From an uncultured Alphaproteobacteria bacterium (lineage in GTDB: Bacteria > Pseudomonadota > Alphaproteobacteria > CAAHEQ01 > UBA3637), in assembly GCA_944391565.1 (NCBI GenBank), contig CALXUB010000019.1, positions 6,919 to 70,918 of the forward strand: 64,000 nt of DNA. Reading direction: 5' to 3'. Each line of letters begins with the position of its first letter. The first letter of the stretch is position 1. The notes below the pieces were generated by a model. It saw only the letters and a program-made list of their open reading frames with translations. It ran no database searches and was not told the DNA's origin. Shown one piece after another: positions 1-10,335 of the stretch. The position numbers and the translations under genes are program-made.

Positions 1-622
1 TGATTTCCGTTTTACGGCTACCCGGCAGAACCGTTAAAATCACATCTTTTTCACTAAGCTTGTGGGCTTTTAAAAAACGTTTGGCATCTCCTTGATCCGC
101 TCCACCTTCAATAACCGGATGCCCGACATAAGTCATGGCCATGCCGTAAGGCGCAAAATATTTTTCCTCAAACGGCAACAGCAACAGCAGATGATCCACC
201 CACTTTTTAATTTGCCGAGCCCGTTTTTCCTTCCAAGCCCACACTTGCGGCGCCACGTAATGAATGTGCGGAATGCGAATCCCCTTTTTTTGAAGACGTA
301 AATGTACTTGTTTTGAAAAACTCCAACTGTCAACCGTTATCACAATATCCGGTTTTTCCCGTTCAACAGCTGCCACAGTTTCCCGAATACGACGCAAAAT
401 ACGAGGAATACTGGGCAGAACCTCCCAAAACCCCATTACAGACAAATCCGAAATCGGGAATAAAGACGCCATGCCTTCCGCTCGCATGGCTTCTCCGCCG
501 ACCCCTGAAAAAGAAACAGCTCCTTTGGTTTGTTTTTTCAAGGCTCGCATTAAACGGGCCGCCAATAAGTCTCCGGAAGGTTCACCGGCTGCCAGAAAAA
601 CCTTTATTTTTCTTTCAGACAT
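1..622 (-). CDS. lpxB: lipid-A-disaccharide synthase LpxB, N-terminal ~207 codons (gene runs off window start)
   Basis: Minus-strand frame open from ATG at 620-622 to the window edge. Translation begins MSERKIKVFLAAGEPSGD..., typical of the LpxB N-terminus. Lies directly downstream of lpxI in the conserved lpx cluster. Not in the ORF track because there is no in-window stop. Confidence 0.65.
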   Translation of the reverse strand, partial: MSERKIKVFLAAGEPSGDLLAARLMRALKKQTKGAVSFSGVGGEAMRAEGMASLFPISDLSVMGFWEVLPSIPRILRRIRETVAAVEREKPDIVITVDSWSFSKQVHLRLQKKGIRIPHIHYVAPQVWAWKEKRARQIKKWVDHLLLLLPFEEKYFAPYGMAMTYVGHPVIEGGADQGDAKRFLKAHKLSEKDVILTVLPGSRKTEI

Positions 623-1437
623 GATGCATCCACTCCCATCACAAACAATCCCAACCGATCCGCCAATTCCACGACAGCTTTCATATCCACGACGAACGTG
701 CTGTCTTTTTCGACAGCGATTCCTTTTAATCCAACAGCCGCTGCGTTTTCAATGGTTCGGGTACCGATTGTCGGCAAGTCCGCCCGTTGTTCCTGAGCCG
801 GTTTTTTTACTTTAACCAAAACACCGTGTGTTTGCGGCCGATGCAAATCCTTTGATCGCAAAATCAATGCATCCGTGCCTTCGATTGCTTCAACCGCCAA
901 CACCAAACCGTCCGCCACAATAACCGACTGACCGACATCGACTTTTCCCAATGCCTTCGCCACCGAAAAACCGCGAGCAATGTCTTTGCGCGCTTGCGTA
1001 TCCGGCTGCACACGGCCATAGACGCCTAATGGAGCCAAACAGTCCGTCAAAACCGTATCAGCACCCACGACATGGAATCCTTCTTTCTCAATTTCTTTAA
1101 TCACGGCACGCAGCAGACCGTCATCGCCCAAAGACTTTAAGCCGGCCTTGGCTAAAAATTTCATACCCTGCCAATCCGGCCGGATTTCTGAAAAACCGGG
1201 TCGCTTAACCGAACCGATGAGCATAATGTCCCGACACTTTTCACGCCGCGCAATAGCAAAGCCTTTTCCAACATCTCCCAAACGAATCCAACTGACCGGC
1301 CAAGACAAAGGATAATCAGTCGGAACAGCTTGCCCTTTCAAAGCAAAAACATGAAAGGGGCGGCCTTGTTGTTGACACGCCTCGATTACCATCAAAGGAA
1401 GTTTGCCGCCACCCGCGACAATGCCGAGTTTGTTCAT
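604..1437 (-). CDS. lpxI: UDP-2,3-diacylglucosamine hydrolase LpxI (DUF1009 family)
   Basis: Track ORF 604..1488. The MNKLGIVAGGGKLP start sits 1 nt after the lpxA stop, which favours the 1437 start. Positioned between lpxA and lpxB as in alphaproteobacteria. Confidence 0.7.
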   Translation of the reverse strand: MNKLGIVAGGGKLPLMVIEACQQQGRPFHVFALKGQAVPTDYPLSWPVSWIRLGDVGKGFAIARREKCRDIMLIGSVKRPGFSEIRPDWQGMKFLAKAGLKSLGDDGLLRAVIKEIEKEGFHVVGADTVLTDCLAPLGVYGRVQPDTQARKDIARGFSVAKALGKVDVGQSVIVADGLVLAVEAIEGTDALILRSKDLHRPQTHGVLVKVKKPAQEQRADLPTIGTRTIENAAAVGLKGIAVEKDSTFVVDMKAVVELADRLGLFVMGVDASCLKEK

Positions 1438-1438
1438 C

Positions 1439-2245
1439 CTACCCCTGCGCCGGTTGTAAAATACTGTACTTAGACGGGTTTTTGACAAAAGTCAAAACAT
1501 CCTGCACCAGCGGGTTATCTTTATATTCCGGATTGTTTTGCAAATCCTCGACCCGCTCCGTCCAGCTTTTTTCTTTATTAAAGAACAAATCCTGATAAGC
1601 TTTTTGCAGATTAAAAATCAGTTTGGCTTCCACACCTGCACGACGCAAACCGACCAAATTCAAACCGTCCAAACCGGAACGCACGCCCCCCATCACAATG
1701 CCATAGGGAATAACGTCCTGACCAATACCGCACATACCGCCGATCATGGCTCCCTTACCGATACGGACAAACTGAAGCACGGCAGACAAACCGCCGATGA
1801 TTGCCCGATCCTCGACATGAACATGGCCGGCCAATGTGGCATTATTGCTCATAATAATGTCGTTGCCCAACACGCAGTCATGCGCGATATGAGAAGCCAC
1901 CAAAAATAAATTATGATTACCGATAATGGTGATTTTCTGGTCCACATCGGAACCGACATGAGCCGTCACATGTTCACGGAAAGTATTATCATCACCGATA
2001 ATCAGTTTGGCATCAGGAGCATGACTTCTGGCATGTTGCGCCAACGTTCCGATGGCCGCGAACGGATAAACCGTATTGCGTTCGCCCATCTCCGTGCATC
2101 CCGTCACCACGGCATGGGAAATAAGACGTGTTCCTTTGCCGATTGTCACGTTCGGACCGACCGTGCAATAGGGACCGATTTCGACATCGTCGGCTATGCA
2201 GGCTTTGGCATCAACGATGGCTGTGGGATGGATGTTTGTCATCAC
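1439..2245 (-). CDS. lpxA: acyl-ACP--UDP-GlcNAc O-acyltransferase LpxA
   Basis: 268 aa with a hexapeptide-repeat left-handed beta-helix sequence and the HPTAIVD start motif. Lies within the fabZ-lpxA cluster. Confidence 0.85.
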   Translation of the reverse strand: MMTNIHPTAIVDAKACIADDVEIGPYCTVGPNVTIGKGTRLISHAVVTGCTEMGERNTVYPFAAIGTLAQHARSHAPDAKLIIGDDNTFREHVTAHVGSDVDQKITIIGNHNLFLVASHIAHDCVLGNDIIMSNNATLAGHVHVEDRAIIGGLSAVLQFVRIGKGAMIGGMCGIGQDVIPYGIVMGGVRSGLDGLNLVGLRRAGVEAKLIFNLQKAYQDLFFNKEKSWTERVEDLQNNPEYKDNPLVQDVLTFVKNPSKYSILQPAQG

Positions 2246-2253
2246 GTTCTCCT

Positions 2254-2724
2254 TTATTCTTTGTTCATAATCATGGCGCTGAAAACCGCTTCAGACACCA
2301 GCGTTCCGTCAACATAAGCTTCGCCGCTGAACTTAAAAACATTTCGAAGGGCGCGTTCTTTTTTGACATGAAACTCCAGACGATCCCCGGGAACAATCGG
2401 TTTTCTGAACTTCACATTATCAATTGTCATAAATAAAACACCTTTTCCCCCGCGTTCAGCTTCAGGCAGCTCGGATAAAACGATAATACCGGAAGTCTGA
2501 GCCATCGCTTCAACTTGCAACACACCGGGCATCACAGGATTGTCGGGGAAATGCCCCTGAAAAAACGGTTCATTTATCGTCACGTTTTTTATCCCTGTTC
2601 CGGATTGACCGGGAACAATGTCGACAACTTTATCCACCAGCAAAAACGGATAGCGGTGAGGAAGCATCTTCATAATTTCATAAATATTGATTTCTTTAAT
2701 CATTTCTTTCGTATCTTCAGACAT
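2254..2724 (-). CDS. fabZ: 3-hydroxyacyl-ACP dehydratase FabZ
   Basis: 156 aa with the [11 protein letters not shown] motif characteristic of FabZ. Lies between lpxD and lpxA. Confidence 0.85.
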   Translation of the reverse strand: MSEDTKEMIKEINIYEIMKMLPHRYPFLLVDKVVDIVPGQSGTGIKNVTINEPFFQGHFPDNPVMPGVLQVEAMAQTSGIIVLSELPEAERGGKGVLFMTIDNVKFRKPIVPGDRLEFHVKKERALRNVFKFSGEAYVDGTLVSEAVFSAMIMNKE

Positions 2725-2725
2725 C

Positions 2726-3751
2726 TCAGTTTCCTTTTTTTGTTTCTTTAATCAACTTTTGCTGCAACACATTCAAGCGCATCCAATCCACATGCGGCAT
2801 CGCCGGACTGCCGATAACGGTTGCGCCGGCAGGAACATCCTTCATCATACCGGACTGCGCGCCGATTTGAGCACCCGTCCCGATTTTTAAATGCCCGGCA
2901 AAACCGGCCTGACCGGCAGCAACGACAAAATCACCGAACTCACAGCTACCGGCAATCCCGACTTGAGAAACCATAACGCAGCATCGACCCAGTTTCACAT
3001 TGTGCGCCACCTGAACCAGGTTATCAATGCGCGTTCCGGATCCGATCTCGGTATCGCCCATAGCCCCACGGTCTACCGTTGTGTTGGCGCCGATTTCAAC
3101 ATCGTCTCCGATAAGAACACGGCCCAACTGAGGCACCTTAACGGGTCCTTTGACTGACATTGCAAAACCAAAGCCGTCCTGACCGATGCGGGCACCGGGA
3201 TAAATGTAAACCTTATTCCCGGCCAAACAATGACTCACGGAAGCATTTGCTCCAACAATACAGCCGTCTCCCAATTTCACACCGGCACCGACAACGGCAT
3301 TGGCATCTATGCGACAGCCTTTACCAAGCTCGGCATGCGGTCCGATGAATGCGCCCGCTTCAATGCGGCAACCTTCACCGATCACGGCCGTCTCATCAAT
3401 ATAAGCCCGCGGCGAAATAAACGCCTCCACACTTTCCGGATAAAACAGTTGTGCGGCCAACCCGTAAGAGCGATGCGGATCTTTTGATAAAAGAACAGCC
3501 ATGTTTTCGGGTACATATTCTACAAATTTCTCGGAAGTGATACAAGCACCTGCACCAGATTTCTTCAAACTGTCACGAACCGAAGGAATGAATGCCCATG
3601 TTAAATCCCGAGAACCGGCTTCATCCAAACCTTTAACATCCTCCAGCACCAAATCGGGATCCGCACCGCTACCCAGTTCACATTCGCAACGCTCCGCCAA
3701 CTCTTTTAACGTAAAAGGCCCCGCCTTTTTAAAAAATCTTGAATCTGCCAT
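2726..3751 (-). CDS. lpxD: UDP-3-O-acylglucosamine N-acyltransferase LpxD
   Basis: 341 aa with hexapeptide repeats. Conserved position downstream of bamA. Confidence 0.85.
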   Translation of the reverse strand: MADSRFFKKAGPFTLKELAERCECELGSGADPDLVLEDVKGLDEAGSRDLTWAFIPSVRDSLKKSGAGACITSEKFVEYVPENMAVLLSKDPHRSYGLAAQLFYPESVEAFISPRAYIDETAVIGEGCRIEAGAFIGPHAELGKGCRIDANAVVGAGVKLGDGCIVGANASVSHCLAGNKVYIYPGARIGQDGFGFAMSVKGPVKVPQLGRVLIGDDVEIGANTTVDRGAMGDTEIGSGTRIDNLVQVAHNVKLGRCCVMVSQVGIAGSCEFGDFVVAAGQAGFAGHLKIGTGAQIGAQSGMMKDVPAGATVIGSPAMPHVDWMRLNVLQQKLIKETKKGN

Positions 3752-3813
3752 TTTTTCTCCTCTGTTTATGCGGGCCTGAAGAGCCCCTGATTTATTTTGA
3801 ACAAAAACACGTG

Positions 3814-6078
3814 TTAGAAGCCTGTTCCGAAGTTCAAACGAAAGACCTCTTTTTCATCAAATTTCTCTTTGACAACCGGGAAACCCAAATCAATGTTAAT
3901 GGGCCCCATGGGTGACTGCCACAAAAGACCGGTACCGATTGAAACGCGCGGTGTGTTCTTATAATCAACCTGGTTCCAATCGTATGTACCGTCCGGTTTG
4001 CCGATCATACCGGCATCCACGAACAGTTTGCCTCGGATTCCGAATTCAGAAGGCAAACCTAACGGAAACATCAACTGCGTCGATGCCGTCAAACGCCAAT
4101 CACCGCCCAGGCTGTCTCCCGACGCTTTATCCCGCGCACCGACACCGCCGATTTCAAAACCGCGCAATGTCGAACCACCCAAATAATAACGGTTGTTAAT
4201 CCGAACATCTTCTCCACCAATACCGACAATATATCCAGCCGTGCCGCCGACAGACAAGACCCACTTTTCCGTCAGTTCAAAATATTGCGTCGCGTTCCAG
4301 TTTACCCGCACAAACTTATTGTCACCACCCAATCCGGCAAAATCAAATCCTAACGATGTATAAAAACCTTCCGTCGGGTTATAAACGCTGTCCCGCGTGT
4401 CATAGCTCATCACTTCGCCAATCATGGACAAAGAACTTTTCCCTTCCTGTTCTTTCACATAAATAGAAGCATCTGCTTCAATATCCGTCACATCATCCGA
4501 CTGTAATGTATATTTCACCGTTTGACGGAAACGTTCCGTATAATCCCACCCGAAACGCACGGAAGCACCGGTTGTTTTCCATTTATATGAGCTGTCGTCC
4601 GTGTAATCACGCGTAAAATGGAAAATGTCAACGCCGGCGGACAAGGGCATATCCATGAAATACGGATCCGTATAGCTTAAATCAACCTGCGTTTCCCGAC
4701 CGGAGGTGGAAGCCACCACCCCCACAATATTACCGGTCCCCAAAAAGTTGCGTTCCTGAACGCCGACTTCGAACAACAATCCGTCATACGTTGACCAACC
4801 GACCCCGACATTAAACGCTCCTGTTGATTTTTCGGAAACCGTGACCGCAATATCGGTTTTATCCGGTGCATTGGCAACCGGCACTGTTTTCAAATCCACT
4901 TTATCGAAATAACCCAGGTTCTCAATGCGCTGGCGTGACCGACGGATTTTATCCGTATTAAACGGATCACCTTCATTTAACCGAAATTCACGACGAACAA
5001 CTTTATCTAATGTGCGGCTGTTGCCTTTAATATCAATCCGATTGATAAATACCCGAGCGCCTTCTTTAACCCGAAATATAATCGACACGACATGAGTTTT
5101 AGGATCCTTTTCGAATTCGGGCAGCACCTCCACAAACGCATATCCGAGCCGCCCCAATTCATCCGTTATGTTTTGGATCGTTTCTTCAATTAAATCAGCA
5201 TTGTAAAAAGCACCAGCCTTAAACGCGATTTGTTTTTGCAGCTTGGCGGCATCCACGTCCGGCAGCGTCACTTTAACGGAAGACGAGCCGAAACGATATC
5301 TCGCGCCTTCATTCAAATCAAAGGTGATGATAAAGTTGCCGGTCTTATCATCTTTTTTAACAATCATATCCTTAATGTCAAAGTCAACGTAGCCCTTGCG
5401 CAGATAAAAACGGCGCAACAGCTCTTTATCGTAATTCAGCCGATCCGGATCATAGGTATCCGTGCTGGACAAAAAACGGTACCAGCGTTTTTCTTTGCTC
5501 ATCAAAACCTCCCGCAAATCACCGGAGGAAAAATGCGTGTTGCCTTTAAAATAAATGTCTTGAATATAATTTTTCGGGCCTTCATCAATTTTAAAAATGA
5601 CTTCTACCCGATTTTGGCTTTTGTTTTCAACCTGAGAAGTAATCTTTGCCGAAAACAATCCCATTCGCCGATAAATGGTTTCCAATCGAGCAACATCAGC
5701 GCGAATTTTAGTCGGCGTATATACATCCCGAACTTTTGTCTGAACTTCGCCGGCCAATACATCTTCATCGATTTTATCGTTTCCCTCAAAACCGATATAA
5801 CTGATAATAGGCCGTTCTTTCACATGAATTGTCAGCTCATCGCCGTTTTCTTTCATCTCGACATCATCAAAAAAGCCGGTTTTATAAAGATCTTTCAAAG
5901 CCTTGTTCAGATCCACCGACGTAATGGTTTCGCCTTCTTCAAAAGGCAGATAAGATAAAACCGTTGCGGGTTCCAAACGCTGATTACCGGTCACGCGAAT
6001 AGACCGTACCGTCATATCGGCTCGCGCTGTCCAGGCAATCATCAAGAAACAAACAAGAACCCCCAGCTTTTTCATCAC
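3814..6078 (-). CDS. bamA: outer membrane protein assembly factor BamA
   Basis: 754 aa with a signal peptide (MMKKLGVLVCFLMIAWTARA), POTRA-like repeats and a C-terminal beta-barrel ending in F. Flanked by rseP and lpxD. Confidence 0.9.
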   Translation of the reverse strand: MMKKLGVLVCFLMIAWTARADMTVRSIRVTGNQRLEPATVLSYLPFEEGETITSVDLNKALKDLYKTGFFDDVEMKENGDELTIHVKERPIISYIGFEGNDKIDEDVLAGEVQTKVRDVYTPTKIRADVARLETIYRRMGLFSAKITSQVENKSQNRVEVIFKIDEGPKNYIQDIYFKGNTHFSSGDLREVLMSKEKRWYRFLSSTDTYDPDRLNYDKELLRRFYLRKGYVDFDIKDMIVKKDDKTGNFIITFDLNEGARYRFGSSSVKVTLPDVDAAKLQKQIAFKAGAFYNADLIEETIQNITDELGRLGYAFVEVLPEFEKDPKTHVVSIIFRVKEGARVFINRIDIKGNSRTLDKVVRREFRLNEGDPFNTDKIRRSRQRIENLGYFDKVDLKTVPVANAPDKTDIAVTVSEKSTGAFNVGVGWSTYDGLLFEVGVQERNFLGTGNIVGVVASTSGRETQVDLSYTDPYFMDMPLSAGVDIFHFTRDYTDDSSYKWKTTGASVRFGWDYTERFRQTVKYTLQSDDVTDIEADASIYVKEQEGKSSLSMIGEVMSYDTRDSVYNPTEGFYTSLGFDFAGLGGDNKFVRVNWNATQYFELTEKWVLSVGGTAGYIVGIGGEDVRINNRYYLGGSTLRGFEIGGVGARDKASGDSLGGDWRLTASTQLMFPLGLPSEFGIRGKLFVDAGMIGKPDGTYDWNQVDYKNTPRVSIGTGLLWQSPMGPINIDLGFPVVKEKFDEKEVFRLNFGTGF

Positions 6079-7181
6079 AGCCCCAACATCCTTTGTGCCA
6101 CGCGCGGCACATCTTTAAATAAAGTGAAGGCAAACAAGAAAAGCAACAAAACAACGCCCACTTTCAGCAACGCATTTTGAAGCGCTTCACTCATGGGCCG
6201 ACGCACAACCGCCTCATAAGCATACATGGCCAAATGTCCCCCATCCAGCAACGGAATAGGCAGTAAATTGACAAATCCGATCCCGACCGAAACCTGAATT
6301 AAAAACAAAAACATCGCCAACATACCGGCCTTTGCCGCATCACCGGAAGCCTCCGCGATGCCAACCGGACCGCGCATATCATCAGCCGAACGCTGCCCCG
6401 TAATGACCTGCCACAAATAAACCGTTGTATCAATCGTCATAACATAAACCGTTTCCACCGCCTTACCCACGGCCACAACAGGATTATAGCGTTCTTTTTT
6501 CATTTCCGCAAAAGGCCGTGTGCGAACGCCCAGCAAAGGGACGCCGTTTTCCTCACCTTCGACCGGTTTTGGCAAAATATGAAACGACACGCGCTCGGTA
6601 CCGCGTTCGGCCACCACCGTCAACACTTCCCCGAAATTGGAAATAACCACCTTCCGTTTTAAATCCGAAAAATCTTCAACTTTCTGACCATTGATTTCAA
6701 CAATGACATCACCCGGCAGTATACCGGCCTCTTCCGCCATTGATCCGGGAATAACCTCACCGACTTCCGTCGTCAGGTGCATTTGCCCGATCGTCATGTA
6801 AACCAAAGCCAACCCGACAATCGCAAATAAATAGTTCATAAACGGCCCGGCAAAAATAATCAACGCCCGCTTGTATAAAGGCTGAGCCATAAAGGTGTAC
6901 TTTTTTTCTTCCTCGCTGAGCCCAGAATCGGATTTTTTCATGCTGGCCGCATCTTCATCGCCCAGCATTTGCACATACCCTCCTAAAGGCAGAGCACACA
7001 AACGCCATTCAGTTCCTTTTTTATCCATACGGCTCCATAATTTTTTACCGAACCCGACAGAAAAAACCGTCACTTTAACGCCACACAAACGCGCCATGAC
7101 AAAATGACCGCCTTCATGCACGATCACGACAATCGACAAAACAAAAATAAATGCAAGCAAATAAATAATCATTGTCATCAA
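6075..7181 (-). CDS. rseP: RIP metalloprotease RseP (site-2 protease)
   Basis: 368 aa with the HEGGH zinc motif near the N-terminus (VHEGGHFVMA), a PDZ region, and multiple transmembrane segments. Confidence 0.85.
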   Translation of the reverse strand: MMTMIIYLLAFIFVLSIVVIVHEGGHFVMARLCGVKVTVFSVGFGKKLWSRMDKKGTEWRLCALPLGGYVQMLGDEDAASMKKSDSGLSEEEKKYTFMAQPLYKRALIIFAGPFMNYLFAIVGLALVYMTIGQMHLTTEVGEVIPGSMAEEAGILPGDVIVEINGQKVEDFSDLKRKVVISNFGEVLTVVAERGTERVSFHILPKPVEGEENGVPLLGVRTRPFAEMKKERYNPVVAVGKAVETVYVMTIDTTVYLWQVITGQRSADDMRGPVGIAEASGDAAKAGMLAMFLFLIQVSVGIGFVNLLPIPLLDGGHLAMYAYEAVVRRPMSEALQNALLKVGVVLLLFLFAFTLFKDVPRVAQRMLGL

Positions 7182-7187
7182 AGCACC

Positions 7188-7967
7188 TCAGTTGCTGAAA
7201 AGCAGGAACAAAGCAACGACCGGCGCGGCGAACAGCAAACCGTCGACACGATCAAAAATACCGCCGTGCCCCGGGATTAAATTGCTGGAATCTTTAATGT
7301 TCAAATAACGTTTAATCCGAGATTCAAATAAATCTCCCATTTGCGAGATAACCGCCAAAACGGCGCTCGAGCCGACGAAAAACGGCATGGAAAGATAAAC
7401 TTCAAAGTGTCTCATAGCCAATACGAAAAAATAAGAAACAACACAGGCAAACAACATGCCCCCCAACAGACCCGACCATGTTTTCTTGGGACTGATTTTA
7501 GGCAAAAGCTTTGGACCGCCCAAACTTTTACCAAACACATAACCGCCGATATCTGTTGCCCACACCACAAACATCAACCATAACACCATTTCAAAAGAAT
7601 ACTCCATATTGGTGTAGCCGATATAAATCAAGCTCATCATCGGAATGCCGATATAAAAAACACCAAAGGAAAGCAACAACTTTTTACCGGATTTAACGTA
7701 AACCAGCAAAGCGGCAACCGCGATAATCGCCAAAGCCAACGGCGGCACCGTCGCACCGACAAACGCAATCATTGTCGCCGTCGAAGCCATAATAACCGCA
7801 ACGGCCGAGATTTTCCCAGTTATCATATGTTCCCATTCCCACGCCATTGCACTGCCCATCACGGCAATCAACAAATTATAGGCGGGATCCCCGAAAAAAA
7901 TGGCTCCCAAAACAAGCGGCGCCAAGATTAATGCAGAAATAATCCGTAAAGCCAAATTACTTTTCAT
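7188..7967 (-). CDS. cdsA: phosphatidate cytidylyltransferase CdsA
   Basis: 259 aa polytopic membrane protein. The C-terminal region matches the CdsA signature (…SRIKRYLNIKDSSNLIPGHGGIFDRVD…). Lies between uppS and rseP. Confidence 0.8.
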   Translation of the reverse strand: MKSNLALRIISALILAPLVLGAIFFGDPAYNLLIAVMGSAMAWEWEHMITGKISAVAVIMASTATMIAFVGATVPPLALAIIAVAALLVYVKSGKKLLLSFGVFYIGIPMMSLIYIGYTNMEYSFEMVLWLMFVVWATDIGGYVFGKSLGGPKLLPKISPKKTWSGLLGGMLFACVVSYFFVLAMRHFEVYLSMPFFVGSSAVLAVISQMGDLFESRIKRYLNIKDSSNLIPGHGGIFDRVDGLLFAAPVVALFLLFSN

Positions 7968-8082
7968 GATTCTCTCTTTTAATTGTTAAAGTCCGCAAAA
8001 AGTATAAAGAACTCTCCTTCCTTTGTAAAGCGTTTCTTTCTAAATCAAAGCATCTAACCGCAAAATCATGTCAAATCGACGG

Positions 8083-8105
8083 GCTCTCGAACAACGAGAG
8101 CCCAG
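8083..8105. terminator. GC hairpin (gggctctcg-aacaa-cgagagccc) between the RHH gene and cdsA
   Basis: Perfect 9-bp stem seen in the sequence. The flanking T-run is weak. Confidence 0.35.
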
Positions 8106-8111
8106 TCTTCT

Positions 8112-8405
8112 TTATCCCTCGTGAATCGTGCTTAGAATTTGCGAGACTCGTGCGCTGGGCGCAGCCGTATCTGCCGGTGGCACCTGCTCATACTTCGCCA
8201 GCATCCGACGATAGTAAACCAATGCAAATAACCGAACCAACGCTGAAAGACTCGACTCTCCTTTTTGATCATCAATCAACGAACACAGCCTTCCTAAAGA
8301 CATTTTTTCTTTGCGACAGATGTCTGATAAAGCGGAACATGTTTCTTTATCTAAACGCATGCTTGTTCGACGACCATTCACAAATACATTTTTACATAAT
8401 TGCAT
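8112..8405 (-). CDS. ribbon-helix-helix domain protein (COG4321-like), copy 1
   Basis: 97 aa with NGRRTSMRLDKETCSALSDICRKEKMSL, the conserved RHH signature. A paralog lies at 45116..45412. AT-rich flanks. Inserted between uppS and cdsA. Confidence 0.5.
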   Translation of the reverse strand: MQLCKNVFVNGRRTSMRLDKETCSALSDICRKEKMSLGRLCSLIDDQKGESSLSALVRLFALVYYRRMLAKYEQVPPADTAAPSARVSQILSTIHEG

Positions 8406-8570
8406 TTCTTTTTTCCTTTATTAAATTAACACCAAAAACGAATCCGTTTACACCTGTATTATACGAGTGATAAAATAATATTACAATCTTTTGTTTGTGT
8501 TTTTTAGTATAAAAAATGATTTTTTTATTAACCAATACAACCAAAAGGAGTAATTTTTTTAAAAAACAGT

Positions 8571-9308
8571 TTAGGAAACGGTTGTTTCGGTTTTAAAAGG
8601 GGATTCTGTGACGGTACCGAAGCGTCGTTCGCGTTTTTGAAACGAATCGATTGCCGCATCCAAATCCGATTCGGAAAAGTCCGGCCACAAAACAGGCGTA
8701 AAGTACAATTCGGCATAAGCCATTTGCCATAATAAGAAATTACTGAGGCGTTGCTCCCCGCTGGTTCGCACAATCAAATCGGGATCAGGCAGCCCGGCCG
8801 TATCCAAATAAGAAGCCGCCGCCTCTTCGGTTAAATCGTCAGGGTTTCGCAGACCGCTTTGCACATCTTTTCCAAAGCGGCGCATGGCACGGACCAGTTC
8901 ATCCCGTCCGCTGTAGCTGAGTGCCAAAATTAAATGATAAGTTTCATCGCCGCGGGTCGCTTCCTCAATCCGTTTCATTTGTCGCTGAATTTCTGCAGTA
9001 AAACGCGTTCGATCGCCGATAAAATGAATACGAATGTCTTTTTTTTGCAGTTCAGCCACATCTTTATCCAAATAAGACTTAAACAAATCCATCAACACGG
9101 CAACTTCTGCGGCAGGTCGTTTCCAGTTTTCAGTCGAAAAAGCATACAGCGTCACATAATGAATCCCGCGTTTTTGACAAGCCTCCAACACACGCGTCAC
9201 CGTTTTGGCGCCGGCTTTATGTCCTTCTGTCCGAGACAAACCGCGAGCCGTCGCCCACCGCCCGTTGCCATCCATAATAATTCCGAGATGGTTCAGCTTT
9301 TTATGCAT
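8571..9308 (-). CDS. uppS: undecaprenyl diphosphate synthase UppS
   Basis: 245 aa with the GIIMDGNGRWA motif typical of cis-prenyltransferases. Confidence 0.85.
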   Translation of the reverse strand: MHKKLNHLGIIMDGNGRWATARGLSRTEGHKAGAKTVTRVLEACQKRGIHYVTLYAFSTENWKRPAAEVAVLMDLFKSYLDKDVAELQKKDIRIHFIGDRTRFTAEIQRQMKRIEEATRGDETYHLILALSYSGRDELVRAMRRFGKDVQSGLRNPDDLTEEAAASYLDTAGLPDPDLIVRTSGEQRLSNFLLWQMAYAELYFTPVLWPDFSESDLDAAIDSFQKRERRFGTVTESPFKTETTVS

Positions 9309-9309
9309 C

Positions 9310-9870
9310 TTATACCTGTTTAATTTCGCCTTCTTTGATTTTCAACAGTTCGTCCATTTCATCAATAGCCTGATCGGTCATTTTTTGGACATCTTCTTCA
9401 TAGCGTTTTTGATCGTCTTCGGAAATATCGCCGTCATTTTTCATTTTTTTGATTTTATCCAAAATATCACGACGGATGTTGCGCACGGCCACACGCGCTT
9501 CTTCGGTATATTTACCGGCAATTTTAGTCAATTCCACACGTCGTTCTTCGGACAACGGCGGCAAAGGAATACGAATCTGCACGCCGTCATTCATGGGATT
9601 AAGTCCCAAAGAAGATTCGCGAATCGCTTTTTCGACATGTTTCAACAGATTTTTATCCCACACGTTCACAGACAACATGCGCGCTTCGGGCACACTGATG
9701 TTGCCGACTTGGTTGATGGGCACCATAGAACCATAGGCATCAACCAAAATGCTGTCCAAAAGCCCCGTCGACGCACGCCCGGTCCGTAAACCGGAAAAAT
9801 CTTTTTTCAAAGACTCAATCGACTTTTGAACACGCGTTTGCATATCTTGTTTTAACTCATTATATGTCAT
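9310..9870 (-). CDS. frr: ribosome recycling factor
   Basis: 186 aa with RRF-like sequence. Lies between pyrH and uppS. Confidence 0.9.
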   Translation of the reverse strand: MTYNELKQDMQTRVQKSIESLKKDFSGLRTGRASTGLLDSILVDAYGSMVPINQVGNISVPEARMLSVNVWDKNLLKHVEKAIRESSLGLNPMNDGVQIRIPLPPLSEERRVELTKIAGKYTEEARVAVRNIRRDILDKIKKMKNDGDISEDDQKRYEEDVQKMTDQAIDEMDELLKIKEGEIKQV

Positions 9871-9885
9871 AAATCCCTCTCTTTT

Positions 9886-10335
9886 TTATTCGAAATAAAC
9901 ACTATACTCGACCGTTTCAAACGGCGAAGTGGCATAATCTATCAGATAACCTGTTAAAGCCAATACAATCGGCAACAACAGAAAATAAGCAAAATATCTG
10001 GCCCGAATGACAAAAGGCTGAAGACACAAGGCCACAATCCATAATACGCTAACAGGCAAAAGCAGAAAGCCTATAACAACAAAGAAAACAGTTTTAAAAA
10101 TCATAACAGTTTCCAAACTGCCCCCCATTGCCACTGCAATGAAAACCAGAACGATCCCCCACATCGCCCACATAAAAATCGTTTCAGGCAAGTTGCGTTT
10201 TGTCCGCGGCATCCACGCCGATGATTTTTCAGGAATAGCCAGCAACTGCTGTTTTTGTTCTTCAAACTCCGCCGTTGTAATAATCTTTTTTTTATGCAGA
10301 TTCGCCAATTTTTCCAATTCATCAAATCTGTTCAT
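9886..10335 (-). CDS. membrane protein with N-terminal SHOCT-like motif
   Basis: Track ORF 9886..10374. The start at 10335 makes an ATGA overlap with the pyrH stop. The motif KKKIITTAEFEEQKQQLL is followed by 3-4 transmembrane helices. Confidence 0.5.
   Translation of the reverse strand: MNRFDELEKLANLHKKKIITTAEFEEQKQQLLAIPEKSSAWMPRTKRNLPETIFMWAMWGIVLVFIAVAMGGSLETVMIFKTVFFVVIGFLLLPVSVLWIVALCLQPFVIRARYFAYFLLLPIVLALTGYLIDYATSPFETVEYSVYFE

Noticed and set aside
1538-2317. Plus-strand ORFs (123 and 134 aa) inside lpxA
   Set aside because: They are antisense to lpxA and have no RBS or family resemblance.
5230-5958. 242-aa plus-strand ORF inside bamA
   Set aside because: It is antisense to a strongly supported BamA coding region and has a low-complexity F/I/N-rich translation typical of an antisense frame.
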